Source of the DNA: an uncultured virus (IMG/VR IMGVR_UViG_3300040733_000035)
Lineage: Duplodnaviria > Heunggongvirae > Uroviricota > Caudoviricetes
DNA: 64,000 nt
Virus record (IMG/VR): IMGVR_UViG_3300040733_000035
Reading direction: 5' to 3' (one strand)
The notes under the pieces were generated by a model that did not search any database, had not been told where the DNA came from, and was given only the letters and a program-made list of their open reading frames with translations. Numbering within the stretch: position 1 is the first letter of the stretch; every line of letters begins with the position of its first letter. The translations under genes and the position numbers were made by a program. This document shows, piece by piece, positions 30,784 through 41,479 of the stretch.

Positions 30784-33621
30784 TCAACTGAGATAACTCC
30801 CCGCTGTGCTTTGGACAAGGCTGCTTCTGCATACATAACCCCTGGTACCGACTGTATATGTATTTTTCTGTAATACGCTCTCACCAGATACACCACCAGC
30901 AAATAAATCACTATCACCAAGACCACCGAGGCCGAGTGGACCGATATCACCAACAAGAGCATCAGACGATGAGAAAAACTTGATGTCAGCAACATCGAAG
31001 AGGGTGCCCCTTGGATTATAGAGATACATAATGGTAATACCAGCAACGACTAGATTGTGATACACGCTATCGACAACTGGGTAATAATGCCAAAAAACAT
31101 TAGGATAAATGATTTCATTGTCATCGTCTGGGAACATGTCTACAGCATCACCAGCTAAAGTAGGAATGACGCTACCAGCGGCAGTAACATAGCGATACAC
31201 AGGATGATATACACCGGCGTGAGCGCCATATCCTTTACCAGACCAAGTAAACATGACATTTCCTTTGTTGTCTAGATAAATCTGTCCAGTGAATTGATTA
31301 TAACCAGATACAGCTTTATTCGGACTTAAATTGGTAGCATCTCCCCAGACACCAGATGTTCGCTTGCGATAAAATACTTCTTTTATTGCGGTATCGACAT
31401 CAGTCCACTTAGCATACAGGAGGAAAACGTTGCAATCTTTGTCGGTAATTATATTCGATGGATAACCAACATATGAATCAGAATCGAGTATTTCGACATC
31501 GCCCCAAACACCACTGGAACATTTGCGATATTCCAAAGACTGGCAAGTAGTAGCATTGAACCAAGCCGTGTGAATATCGCCGAGTTTATCTATATCGAGA
31601 GATGGATATAACATGTGATTGTCCGAAGTAGTCAAATCGGTTCTTGAACCAGGAACACCAGATGAAATTTTCTTGTAACAGATTCGAGCACGGTTGATGT
31701 TGGAACCAGAATTCAATCCTTGAGCTGCCCAGATAAAATGAATATCACCAGAACCATCAACCAAACATGTGCCTTCGAATGATGGAAAACGCTTTTGAAT
31801 AAGACTGACATTAACAACGGAAGACAGAACACCAGATGGAGATATATATCGATAAAACAAATCATTTCCATATGGAGACAAATCTATTTCGGAATTAACA
31901 CCATACATTCTAGGGCCAATTGTAGGAAAAACGTGAATATTATCAGTGATGGCACTAACAAAATTGTGTCCATGGTTACTAACGGCACAGCTAATAACAC
32001 CGGGAGGACCAGATAAAGTAGATCCGGTGGTAGCGACGCCACCAGCAACCGTAGTATATACAGCATCTTCATGATGATGATCAAATGTGGCAACACCACC
32101 ATCATAATAAGTAGAATCGCCAATTATAATTTTACGATATAATTCCTCACCAATTGCTGATAAACTTGTAAGAGATGGGAACGAAGTCGGAGCACCCGTA
32201 AGCATAAGTATAGCATCTACAGAAAGAATAGTGCGCGGAGTAACGACGCGACCAAGAATAACACTGTGTAGTGGATAAAGATTAGAGGAATACGGAGTAT
32301 AAGCAGTGCCAATGTGCAAATGATCACAATGAGATGGAGTAGCAGAACCAACAGACAATGAATAGTGGCCAGCATCACCGGTAAGTGAATAATCAATTGC
32401 ATGTCTATGTTGAGCAGAACCAACAATGACGCCAACATCAGTTGAGCCATACAGCGGATATAGATCCTGCTCAGAGTAACGCGAATAACCAACTGGAACC
32501 GGAGACTTGAAGGGAACGATAATATCAGCCGGAAGAGATGGCGGTAGACCATGATAACGAAGCAATTTAATGGATTTACTAACGGGAAGTGAACTGGCAC
32601 CAATACATTCAAAAGTAGCACTTGCATGGTGAAAATCACAGGCAGCAATGGGACTAGCACCTGTATAATTTGTATAATTATAACAAGACGATGGGGTACC
32701 ATTTGTCGTGTGCATGCCGTGATTATGATGACAGAGAGGATCAGGTTCACCGACAAGAGATGCCGGATAATAAGTGCCCTGTTCACCAATCAGGACACGG
32801 TGATAACCAATATTGCCAGCATCAGAACACATTTCAAATCCAGCAGGAATATCTGAGCCACAAAAAGCCCAGATGGTATCAAAATTGACAGCATCGTATC
32901 TGGTATAAGTTATATGAATGCCATTATCACTATCACACGTAATAGAAGGCATAATATAACTTTGACCATCGTCGTTATCAACTATGGTGGAAACCCACGT
33001 TTCACCGCCATTGGTACTTTTAAGATAAAAAATACGAGAAATTGAAGAAACGATATACGAACACACAGCATGTAATGTGCCATCAGGAGTCTTGACGATA
33101 TGTCGAGAAGATACTGGAAACAATATATCTTGTGCAAGCAGCGAACCCATAGCAGTATACACACCAGTAACAGAAAAAATATATGAAGATTGCGCATCGG
33201 ACTGAATAACAACATCACAATCAGATAAATCAGTGACAACAACTTTGTGCCAATTATCATCCAACGAGGGAACAACGACATCAGGAATATCAACGACAGG
33301 GCCAATATCATTGACATATGGGCCATCACCAATAGAAATCTGTTGAACTCCATTGACCATGATACTAGATTTATAGAGGATTTCAGCAGAAGAAAGTCCG
33401 GTACCATATTTAGAATACCACGCTGGAATAGGCATGCCAGCCAAATCGAGAACAACTTGATCAACTGGGGCGGGTTTAGCGAGAATCAATGCCGGATCAA
33501 CGGAAGTAGTATAAGACGAAATTGGAGAAGAAGTTGGATTAGTAAGAATTATGACAGTGATATCTCTACTGTCGGCGAGCGATTGTGCTGTTTTGGTCTG
33601 AACTTGTGCGCCTTCGGCCAC
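30784..33621 (-). CDS. large adhesin-like protein: BNR/Asp-box propeller interrupted by three collar-like/HxH units
   Basis: KSTNGGETW Asp-box, repeated D..G.IH..W blades, multiple HxH motifs. Confidence 0.65.
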   Translation of the reverse strand: MAEGAQVQTKTAQSLADSRDITVIILTNPTSSPISSYTTSVDPALILAKPAPVDQVVLDLAGMPIPAWYSKYGTGLSSAEILYKSSIMVNGVQQISIGDGPYVNDIGPVVDIPDVVVPSLDDNWHKVVVTDLSDCDVVIQSDAQSSYIFSVTGVYTAMGSLLAQDILFPVSSRHIVKTPDGTLHAVCSYIVSSISRIFYLKSTNGGETWVSTIVDNDDGQSYIMPSITCDSDNGIHITYTRYDAVNFDTIWAFCGSDIPAGFEMCSDAGNIGYHRVLIGEQGTYYPASLVGEPDPLCHHNHGMHTTNGTPSSCYNYTNYTGASPIAACDFHHASATFECIGASSLPVSKSIKLLRYHGLPPSLPADIIVPFKSPVPVGYSRYSEQDLYPLYGSTDVGVIVGSAQHRHAIDYSLTGDAGHYSLSVGSATPSHCDHLHIGTAYTPYSSNLYPLHSVILGRVVTPRTILSVDAILMLTGAPTSFPSLTSLSAIGEELYRKIIIGDSTYYDGGVATFDHHHEDAVYTTVAGGVATTGSTLSGPPGVISCAVSNHGHNFVSAITDNIHVFPTIGPRMYGVNSEIDLSPYGNDLFYRYISPSGVLSSVVNVSLIQKRFPSFEGTCLVDGSGDIHFIWAAQGLNSGSNINRARICYKKISSGVPGSRTDLTTSDNHMLYPSLDIDKLGDIHTAWFNATTCQSLEYRKCSSGVWGDVEILDSDSYVGYPSNIITDKDCNVFLLYAKWTDVDTAIKEVFYRKRTSGVWGDATNLSPNKAVSGYNQFTGQIYLDNKGNVMFTWSGKGYGAHAGVYHPVYRYVTAAGSVIPTLAGDAVDMFPDDDNEIIYPNVFWHYYPVVDSVYHNLVVAGITIMYLYNPRGTLFDVADIKFFSSSDALVGDIGPLGLGGLGDSDLFAGGVSGESVLQKNTYTVGTRGYVCRSSLVQSTAGSYLS

Positions 33622-33628
33622 CTAAAAT

Positions 33629-33832
33629 TCACCTATGTTTAATATTAGCAAGTTTTACATCACGTATAATGGGGCGAAACACCAGAGGTTCAATTCCAGG
33701 TTCAGTGGAAACGGGGATCATGACATTATTGACCTCGCCAATGACATTGGAATTATGTTTTTTGGTTATTTCGGTATTCTTATTACGGAATTCGTGTCTA
33801 TCACGAAATTTACGCTTATCACGAAATTTCAT
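33629..33832 (-). CDS. small basic protein
   Basis: ATGA overlap; KFRD repeat. Confidence 0.5.
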   Translation of the reverse strand: MKFRDKRKFRDRHEFRNKNTEITKKHNSNVIGEVNNVMIPVSTEPGIEPLVFRPIIRDVKLANIKHR

Positions 33833-34803
33833 ACAATCATCCTGGGTACATACGATGGACCCATATAATGAGGTGACGCCAGAGGAGACAAATCATAATT
33901 ATAATAGCATTGAATAGGAACGTCTGCAATGCCATCACCGTTGTTATCAGAATACCAGCCAGTATATCCGAAGAAATTGTTTCTTATGGTAATACCAGAA
34001 ACTTGCTGATCGGGATTCATGTCGCATATATCAACAGAGGCATTAGAATAGAATTGATTGCCTATGATAGAATGAAGAGAATTGGCAAGCAGAGAACAAT
34101 ATACCCCATTATAACAGGAAGTGAATATATTCTTATGAACAAGACATCTCTGCGAGTTACCAAGATGAAGACCTTGGCCAGATACATCTATTGTTCCGAA
34201 ATTCTCGAAATAATTATTTTGTATATAACAATCAACACTAGCGTTAAGACTCCCGTCCAATCTAACGCCGACTGTATCCAATCCATATCTACCATTAAGG
34301 TGACAGTCTTTAAGTGTAAATTTATCGGCGTCATTGAGTAAGACTCCTGTATATTGAGAAAGTCCATCAGTATTTACTTCGATATAACAATCATGGATAT
34401 AATGACCTGGACCAGTGAGAGTGAGTGCATCAGAATTAGAACTGACCAAGGACACGCCTAATAGCTCGAAATAGCCAACTTGAATATCAAGGGCAACTCC
34501 TGAGAGGGGAGCAATTTCAACGCGGTCCAAGCCTGACTGAATGACCCCATTGATGACAACATTCTCGTGGTCAATGACTAAATTCTCCTGGTACGTGCCA
34601 GGACGAACATAGATCTCCATCCAGGGTTCAAGATTATCGAGTGCTCCCTGGATAGTCTCAAATGGACGATCCCACGAGTAACCATCATTATTATCACTAG
34701 CAGTGGCGGCAGAGCGATCAACATAAAGCGCAGTGGAACCGCCCTTAGAAAGATTCAACTTGCCACTCTGGGTACGAATAGATGTAATTCCCTTAAGTGG
34801 CAT
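33829..34803 (-). CDS. right-handed beta-helix (pectin lyase-like) protein
   Basis: DG.SW..PF.TIQ.A, IYV.PGTY.EN, repeated I..N.F. Confidence 0.8.
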   Translation of the reverse strand: MPLKGITSIRTQSGKLNLSKGGSTALYVDRSAATASDNNDGYSWDRPFETIQGALDNLEPWMEIYVRPGTYQENLVIDHENVVINGVIQSGLDRVEIAPLSGVALDIQVGYFELLGVSLVSSNSDALTLTGPGHYIHDCYIEVNTDGLSQYTGVLLNDADKFTLKDCHLNGRYGLDTVGVRLDGSLNASVDCYIQNNYFENFGTIDVSGQGLHLGNSQRCLVHKNIFTSCYNGVYCSLLANSLHSIIGNQFYSNASVDICDMNPDQQVSGITIRNNFFGYTGWYSDNNGDGIADVPIQCYYNYDLSPLASPHYMGPSYVPRMIV

Positions 34804-35247
34804 CTAAATTATCAACTCCGTTGTCAACAACTGTTCTTGGACGGCAGTAAGAGTCTTCTTATACATGGGATTACTGATAAAATCATCGACTTCTTTATCA
34901 GTCCATTCACCAGGGGTAGCATCAAGACTAAAACGGCAATTAGCATTAGAAGACCACAGCAAAACACCGTAAAATATAGCCTCACCCAATTGATAATTGA
35001 CATATTCATCAGGAAGAAGGCGACTTTGTTTGGAAGTACCAAGATCTGTATGCAACGTGCGATAATACAAGTAATTGTAACCAGAACCACCACCATGATT
35101 CTGAATCATGAGAGATTTAGCAGGAACTTTGAAACCCTGTGATTCATCGCCAATGAAATTACAAAACAAGCAATCGCCATCGCCTCCCTTGGTAAACTCA
35201 TACTGATCAATAGCAAAGCGACCGTGGTTATATTTTCTTGATATCAT
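34804..35247 (-). CDS. small beta-rich putative structural protein
   Basis: Operonic in the structural cluster. Confidence 0.55.
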   Translation of the reverse strand: MISRKYNHGRFAIDQYEFTKGGDGDCLFCNFIGDESQGFKVPAKSLMIQNHGGGSGYNYLYYRTLHTDLGTSKQSRLLPDEYVNYQLGEAIFYGVLLWSSNANCRFSLDATPGEWTDKEVDDFISNPMYKKTLTAVQEQLLTTELII

Positions 35248-35249
35248 GA

Positions 35250-35615
35250 CTATTCATCTGGATATATACGACCAATGAAATCAAAGTTACAGAATGTGGA
35301 CACTGAGCCATAACACATAATAGTCTGCCCAGGTGCAATAGGATAAAACATCAATGGAACATCCTCAACAACGATGAACGGAGATGAATTTGTGGCGGGT
35401 GCGCCATCAAATGCCAACCTACTATCACCAAGTTCAGCAAATGCACAGAAAAATTCAGCATCGGGTGGAATTATAACAGGCTGAGAATATGTGTCATTAG
35501 TGACTCGATGAGATCCAACATGACGCAATGCCTTTTCACGCCTACCAGGGACACGCTTGGAAGTAGGCCCATCGGGGCCTACCTCTGGGATGGAATCGAG
35601 ATTATCGAACATCAA
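35250..35615 (-). CDS. small beta-rich putative structural protein
   Basis: Operonic; beta-strand pattern. Confidence 0.55.
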   Translation of the reverse strand: MMFDNLDSIPEVGPDGPTSKRVPGRREKALRHVGSHRVTNDTYSQPVIIPPDAEFFCAFAELGDSRLAFDGAPATNSSPFIVVEDVPLMFYPIAPGQTIMCYGSVSTFCNFDFIGRIYPDE

Positions 35616-35619
35616 AACC

Positions 35620-36588
35620 TCAGATCAATCCAGCCTGCATCCTCTTAGCGATATCGGGATACTTAGTGATAAGAGCCTGAGCATCAGAACGCGCAAGCGG
35701 GGCATTGGGGAATCCAAGATTCCACCTGATATGATCACCAACATTGAGCTTGCGAACACCATAATAAAATCCACACGGCGACGAAGCTATGCCAGTGGTG
35801 GACTCTATACGAACTTCGAGTTTTTTAATAGCGGGGATGTAGCAAGGAAGATAACCATTATCAGGTAAGCCTGTGACATCAAGCTTCATATATTCTGCAT
35901 CGGTATCGCGGTCAACGACGAGAAATGTATCATCCGGAGTAGCCATAGCAGAACTATCAAATGATACACCAAGAAGAACAATTAACTGTGAATTGGGATT
36001 GGGAACGTTGATAGCAGAACCACCAACAATGGCCTCACTGCCGGCACCAATGATAGGAAGGATTTTGTCAACAGGAATGACATCATCGAACATCTTGGCA
36101 GGATCTATCTTGGAAAGACTCTGATAATAAGAGATGGTGCCAAGGGACAAAAAATCCTCAAGATGGACGAGATCTGCGATGGGGCCTTCAACTGTATCCA
36201 ATTGCCTGCCTTCGCGAATCTTATCAACTGGCATGGGCTTACGGAAAGTCATATTCCATCGCGACCAAACATTAGTAACAGCAGGATCAGCAATATGAAC
36301 CAATGTCATATCCAGGGAATCCTTGGCAGTTATTTTATGATATCGCGCACGATCACGAAGCTGTGGAGAATCTGCGCGAATACGCGCTTTTTCAGTAGAA
36401 TCAGCAGACACGACCATCTCAACATCGTGATTTTCAACTTCGATATTCTCAACAACACACCTACGATCATCAAATAGGTAGGAGGCGACCTTAGCACCAG
36501 AAGTGCTAACAGTTGGCTCATTGAGACATTCAATGAGCATTTCGGGGAAATATTTCGCCTTATATGGATCAACGATAGGACTAGCCAT
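35620..36588 (-). CDS. putative structural protein (possible minor jelly-roll capsid protein)
   Basis: Two beta-rich halves; heads the fibre operon; TATAAA about 25-30 nt upstream. Confidence 0.4.
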   Translation of the reverse strand: MASPIVDPYKAKYFPEMLIECLNEPTVSTSGAKVASYLFDDRRCVVENIEVENHDVEMVVSADSTEKARIRADSPQLRDRARYHKITAKDSLDMTLVHIADPAVTNVWSRWNMTFRKPMPVDKIREGRQLDTVEGPIADLVHLEDFLSLGTISYYQSLSKIDPAKMFDDVIPVDKILPIIGAGSEAIVGGSAINVPNPNSQLIVLLGVSFDSSAMATPDDTFLVVDRDTDAEYMKLDVTGLPDNGYLPCYIPAIKKLEVRIESTTGIASSPCGFYYGVRKLNVGDHIRWNLGFPNAPLARSDAQALITKYPDIAKRMQAGLI

Positions 36589-36692
36589 AGAATCAAATTG
36601 AGATCTACAAGGATTTATAGACAACAGAAATAGCTTGTTTCAAGACGTTATGACCAAAACAACTAAATACAAGATACTGTATAGGACTGTAT

Positions 36693-36923
36693 ATGGCATC
36701 ACTGGTTAAAGCAAAAGTACATGACCAAAACGGGTCATTCAGAATGATGGTGCCTAGAAAATGGAAGGACGACAACAGACTGAAGACGAGAGATGCATTG
36801 GATGTAATAGTATCACATGCATTGATAGTATTGCCACCTAGAGAATTAACAGCAAATGAAATGGAGGAAATAATACGGGACCTAAGACAGATAATGCCAG
36901 CGAGGGCAATTTTGAGGGAATAA
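36693..36923 (+). CDS. AbrB/MazE-like DNA-binding protein
   Basis: KVHDQNGSFRMMVPRKW...LIVLP. Confidence 0.65.
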   Translation: MASLVKAKVHDQNGSFRMMVPRKWKDDNRLKTRDALDVIVSHALIVLPPRELTANEMEEIIRDLRQIMPARAILRE

Positions 36924-36928
36924 AGGGA

Positions 36929-37165
36929 ATGGACGATCCACGAGAAAATGTGGATTATAAACAAGCATTGGAACAGACAACCAACGAATTAGAAAAAGTA
37001 CTGAGAATGCTAAAAAATGGCGAGTGCGTAATAATATACTCAATGAGTGCGCCGTTGGTGATGAAAACAGGAAAAGGAAAAACACCAAAACAAACCAACA
37101 CATCACGATTGATGATAGATTATATGCGAATCGGAAAGCAAAAAGGTGAAACAGATGGAAATTAA
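36929..37165 (+). CDS. hypothetical protein
   Basis: Operonic. Confidence 0.5.
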   Translation: MDDPRENVDYKQALEQTTNELEKVLRMLKNGECVIIYSMSAPLVMKTGKGKTPKQTNTSRLMIDYMRIGKQKGETDGN

Positions 37166-37622
37166 GAAGGGAAATGAAGCAAAGGCAGAACAGAATAAGA
37201 AGAACACAACCGCAACTAAGGAACCAGGAGAGAAAAAGATGGAACTTTCAGTAGAAAACATGACGAAGTGGGTAGAAGAGAAGAAAGGAATAAGATTCAT
37301 GGTAGAGCAGACGGGAAAAACGAGTAATGAAGTAAGGACCGCTCTAAAGAACGCAGGACTGAAAACGATCACTATGAGAAACGAGGAAACAAGGCGAATA
37401 ATCACATTCACGGAGCAACAGCAAGTATACTCAGCAATAGACACCGGAATAGTGACTGAAGAAGAAATAGCAGATGTGGTTGGAATGAACCTGGAAACTG
37501 TAAGAGCGATTGTGCGAAAATTCAAGAAAGATGGGGTAGTGAAGAACGCACTGAGCATCACACAGAGGCCAGGGAAAGTGATCACTAAACCAAATGTAGA
37601 ACCAGCGCCATTCAACCTATAA
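37155..37622 (+). CDS. HTH DNA-binding protein
   Basis: TEEEIADVVGMNLETVRAIVRKFKKDG. Confidence 0.7.
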   Translation: MEIKKGNEAKAEQNKKNTTATKEPGEKKMELSVENMTKWVEEKKGIRFMVEQTGKTSNEVRTALKNAGLKTITMRNEETRRIITFTEQQQVYSAIDTGIVTEEEIADVVGMNLETVRAIVRKFKKDGVVKNALSITQRPGKVITKPNVEPAPFNL

Positions 37623-37677
37623 ACAAAACCTACAAACAGAGTGAGAAAATATTTTTTTTTAATGGAGGAAACCCAGT

Positions 37678-37983
37678 GTGGATAGTGAAACGTTGGGAAA
37701 AATACAAGATTTGATGGTGAATAGCCAGAAACACAAAATATCACCGATAGTATCGATAAAAGAAAAACGAAAAGCGACTTCAGACATTCTTTTGAAATCA
37801 CAACACATAAAACACGGCAAGAACTGTAATAGATGCAATTTAAACTGTGAAGTAAAGCACTTAGAATCAATAGATTTCTGGGCAATTAAAGAAGGACTGG
37901 AACATAAATATACACTGGAGACTTGCCCAAGACAAGACAAACTGGACAAAGTGAAATTGAAGAGAAAACGGAGAGTGAAATAA
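37678..37983 (+). CDS. Cys-containing hypothetical protein
   Basis: SD GGAGG; CNRCNLNC...CP. Confidence 0.55.
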   Translation: MDSETLGKIQDLMVNSQKHKISPIVSIKEKRKATSDILLKSQHIKHGKNCNRCNLNCEVKHLESIDFWAIKEGLEHKYTLETCPRQDKLDKVKLKRKRRVK

Positions 37984-38265
37984 ATGATAGACATCGAAGC
38001 AAAGTTCATCGGAATTAAGACAGAAAAGAAAATGGTAATGAGAAAGAACAAGTTAACCGGGGAAAAAGTGGAGGATTTTGAGGAATTCAAAACACTAACA
38101 ATCGCGATGAAGAAAATAAAATACGACAGAGATGAAAACATAAAGGAAGGAACAAATGATCCATGGATACGTGTGAGTATATCAAGTTTTGATCCAAATG
38201 CATTCGAAGAATACGCCAAGGCAAAAATGGGGGATACTGTGCTAGTAACAATAGAAAAGGTGTGA
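37984..38265 (+). CDS. small beta-barrel hypothetical protein
   Basis: Operonic; ends MGDTVLVTIEKV. Confidence 0.55.
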   Translation: MIDIEAKFIGIKTEKKMVMRKNKLTGEKVEDFEEFKTLTIAMKKIKYDRDENIKEGTNDPWIRVSISSFDPNAFEEYAKAKMGDTVLVTIEKV

Positions 38266-38543
38266 GTGAATTGATACTGAAGGCTAAAATAAAGTCAGAA
38301 CACCTGAAAAAGATCATGGAAGGAAAAAAGACATTGGAATTCAGGCAATTCGACGGATCTGACAGAATGGAAGTGACAGATGAAAACGGAAGAACGACAA
38401 TGCTCAGAATAAAGGGAGCATACGAGGCAGACAAGAAATTCGAGAAAACTGTAAAAGATTTTCATAGAGATGTAAACTGGAACGAAAATGAACCAGTGAT
38501 AGTATTCAGAGTGGAGCCATGGGTGATGAGAAATGGGAAATAA
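38262..38543 (+). CDS. ASCH/PUA-like domain protein
   Basis: KIKSEHLKKIMEGKKTLEFR (GxKxxExR motif). Confidence 0.7.
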   Translation: MSELILKAKIKSEHLKKIMEGKKTLEFRQFDGSDRMEVTDENGRTTMLRIKGAYEADKKFEKTVKDFHRDVNWNENEPVIVFRVEPWVMRNGK

Positions 38544-39492
38544 GTTATCTTACATGCTATACAGCGGGAAGATAGAAGGAGACAAGAGACTTTTTGTGGG
38601 TGGATTATTCCAATGGGTAACAGCATTTGAGAGATATGGTAAGTTCGGAGAAATGAATTCATGTGTTAAACGCGAGATAATGGAAAACTTCGATATAGTA
38701 CATGTCAACTATACGGCGAGAAATGCAACATACCTAAGTGCATTACGAGAAGAACTAGGTGAACACTCGTCAACAAAGTTGGTAGCAAACGTCGATTATG
38801 GTACGATGATGTGGAATAAAATCGACCCATTTGTAATGAAAGATCAATTGTCGAGGGCAGATCACATATTCCACGTAGAAACAGAGGGAGCAGACCGATT
38901 GGAAAAACTGTTAAATCGTAACGTTAGTGTAATACCACATCCGATAAACATAGAAGACATAAAGAAAGGAGTGAAAAGAGAAAGAGTGCCGATAATATCA
39001 TGTCAATATCACCGATATGCAGACACTTGGTGCGAATATTACTATGGATTGATGGGAATAAGACAAGAATATGATATAGACATCATATTGATGAACTATT
39101 CACCACCGGATGGAAAGAAAATAGAAGTTCCACTGGTATGCATGTTTAACGACCTAACAGACAGAATGAATTATCCACAATACATAGAATATCTATCGAG
39201 GATGTTAATTAACGTGGATGTGACATACGATCACACATATGGAAGAGGTGTGGTGGAAGCAGCAGCACTAAAAGTACCAACGATAGGAAGCACATCAATA
39301 GAAGCAATACAAAGATTATACCCAGAACTAGCCATAAGCCCCGGATCAGACGAGATGATGAGAAACGCAGTGAGAGCAATGTTGGATGATGATGAAACAA
39401 GAGAAAAGGTGGCACAACGTGGATTCGAGGACTGTGATTTCTATTCACAACAACATTGCTATGAAATGATGAAAGAGATGGTGACTGGATGA
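38533..39492 (+). CDS. GT-B glycosyltransferase
   Basis: VIPHPI; TYGRGVVEAAALKVPTIG. Confidence 0.75.
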   Translation: MGNKLSYMLYSGKIEGDKRLFVGGLFQWVTAFERYGKFGEMNSCVKREIMENFDIVHVNYTARNATYLSALREELGEHSSTKLVANVDYGTMMWNKIDPFVMKDQLSRADHIFHVETEGADRLEKLLNRNVSVIPHPINIEDIKKGVKRERVPIISCQYHRYADTWCEYYYGLMGIRQEYDIDIILMNYSPPDGKKIEVPLVCMFNDLTDRMNYPQYIEYLSRMLINVDVTYDHTYGRGVVEAAALKVPTIGSTSIEAIQRLYPELAISPGSDEMMRNAVRAMLDDDETREKVAQRGFEDCDFYSQQHCYEMMKEMVTG

Positions 39493-40418
39493 GAGTTTTT
39501 CTAATGGCTGTCCAAGACAACGGACAGCAAAACTTTTTACTGGCAAAAGCAATGAGAAAATATCTAGGATGGGAAGCAAAATCGATGGTAGCAATAGAAA
39601 GCTATCTAGGATTCAAAACCGACTGGACGGTGAAAAACGACATTGACGAAGCACGTGACTTCGTAAAAGACGCGGATATGTTAATATTTCAAGACAACCT
39701 GATAAACGTAGATGGGCTAGATTTACAAGAGATCGCAGGACACCACAATACGATAATAACAGGGACTGGATCTCCAATGAGAATGAGAACAGATCAACTG
39801 TTACAAGATCAATTAAGTGGATGGGCAATAATTCCACCGATATCAGATGAAACAATAGCAACGAGAATGTGCGGGACACCATTCGAAAACGTGATAGTAC
39901 CAATAGAAAGAATATTGGAAATAACAAATGGAATAAAAAAGAACAAAAAACTGTCCATATGTCACGCACCCACTAAAACGGGAATGAAAGGAACGGAAAT
40001 AGTAGAAGAAATATTAAAACCATACGAGAAGGAAGGCAAAATAGAATACATCAGAATACAAGGAATGTCGTGGGAGGAGTCACTACAAGAAAAAGCGAAG
40101 TGCCATATAATACTGGATTCATTCGGGCCAGTAACACGAACATACGGAGCTGGAAACGCACTGGAAGGATTAGTATTGAAACAAACCGTTGTAAGCAAAA
40201 TATCGCCATGGGCATATGCACTGCACCCAGACTTGCCAATAACAACAACGTGGGGAAAAAATGAATCGGAGGTGATAAAGAATACAATAGAATGGGAATC
40301 AAACGATTGTAATGAAATAGGGAAAGAAATAGCAATGAGATGGGTAAAACGTAATTTCTCGGCAAAGTATCAAATAAGAAAATGGAAAAACTATATTGAT
40401 TGGGTGATGACGAAATGA
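39489..40418 (+). CDS. GT-B glycosyltransferase
   Basis: ICHAPT...KGT, CHIILDSF...YG..NALEGL....VV. Confidence 0.75.
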   Translation: MRVFLMAVQDNGQQNFLLAKAMRKYLGWEAKSMVAIESYLGFKTDWTVKNDIDEARDFVKDADMLIFQDNLINVDGLDLQEIAGHHNTIITGTGSPMRMRTDQLLQDQLSGWAIIPPISDETIATRMCGTPFENVIVPIERILEITNGIKKNKKLSICHAPTKTGMKGTEIVEEILKPYEKEGKIEYIRIQGMSWEESLQEKAKCHIILDSFGPVTRTYGAGNALEGLVLKQTVVSKISPWAYALHPDLPITTTWGKNESEVIKNTIEWESNDCNEIGKEIAMRWVKRNFSAKYQIRKWKNYIDWVMTK

Positions 40419-41479
40419 TACCATTAGCCAAACCTTTTTTTGATGAATCTGAATACAACGCAGTGCGAGAAGTGATGGACAGTAGAATGGTGAGTCAGGG
40501 AGACAAAGTTGCAGAGTTCGAAGACCGAGTGCGCAAATACTGTGGAGCAAAATATGCAGTGGCCGTGAGCAGTTGTACAGCAGGACTATATTTGGTACTA
40601 AACTCAATAAATCGAATCGAAAAAACATCAATAGCAACAACGGCGTTCACATTTCCAGCTATTCAGAAAATAGCAAATTACAACGAGTGGACAGCAATAA
40701 ACACTGATGTGGAGAGAGATACATATAACGTATCACCAGACGAGCTAGAAAAACTACACGAACGTATAGAACTTGGAGTGATAATAGGAACAGACCTATT
40801 CGGATCGCCATGTAACAGAAATTGTATAGAACGGATAGCAAAAATGGATAATAACAACACACCAGTCATCTACGACAGCGCATGTGCTATAGGATCAACG
40901 TATAACTGGAAAAAGGTAGGAGAAGAAGGAACCTGTGTATTTTCATTCCACGGAAGAAAACTAATCACAACCGGAGAAGGTGGAATGATATTGACAGACG
41001 ATGATAGAATATATGACGCTGTGCTATTAGGAAGACAGTACGGAAAAAACAAGAAAGGAAACTTCGTGTCGCGCGGAATGAATTTTAAAATGAGTGACAT
41101 AAACGCAGCCGTTGGATGCGCACAAATCGAGAAAATTGATAAAATATTGGAGGAAAGAAAGAAAATTGCACATATGTATTGGAGAAAAATAGAAACACCG
41201 AGTATATGGACACCAAATAACACAATACCACCGAACGCACAAACAAACTGGCAATCTTATGTAATAAGGATGACAACCGATGTGGACAGAGAATCAGTGA
41301 TAAGGAAAATGAAAAACGGCGGGGTAGAATGTCAGATAGGAAGCTATGATAATAGCAACGGAAGATGCAAAAACTCGGCAATACTAGCGAAAACGACAAT
41401 CGCATTGCCAATTTGGGTGGGAATGACAGAAGAAGATGTCGAATATATCACAGAAATACTAAACGGAGCGGTAAAATGA
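40415..41479 (+). CDS. DegT/DnrJ/EryC1/StrS PLP-dependent sugar aminotransferase
   Basis: MIPLAKP, AVAVSSCTAGL, DSACAIG, FSFHGRKLITTGEGGM, NFKMSDINAAVG. Confidence 0.93.
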   Translation: MIPLAKPFFDESEYNAVREVMDSRMVSQGDKVAEFEDRVRKYCGAKYAVAVSSCTAGLYLVLNSINRIEKTSIATTAFTFPAIQKIANYNEWTAINTDVERDTYNVSPDELEKLHERIELGVIIGTDLFGSPCNRNCIERIAKMDNNNTPVIYDSACAIGSTYNWKKVGEEGTCVFSFHGRKLITTGEGGMILTDDDRIYDAVLLGRQYGKNKKGNFVSRGMNFKMSDINAAVGCAQIEKIDKILEERKKIAHMYWRKIETPSIWTPNNTIPPNAQTNWQSYVIRMTTDVDRESVIRKMKNGGVECQIGSYDNSNGRCKNSAILAKTTIALPIWVGMTEEDVEYITEILNGAVK

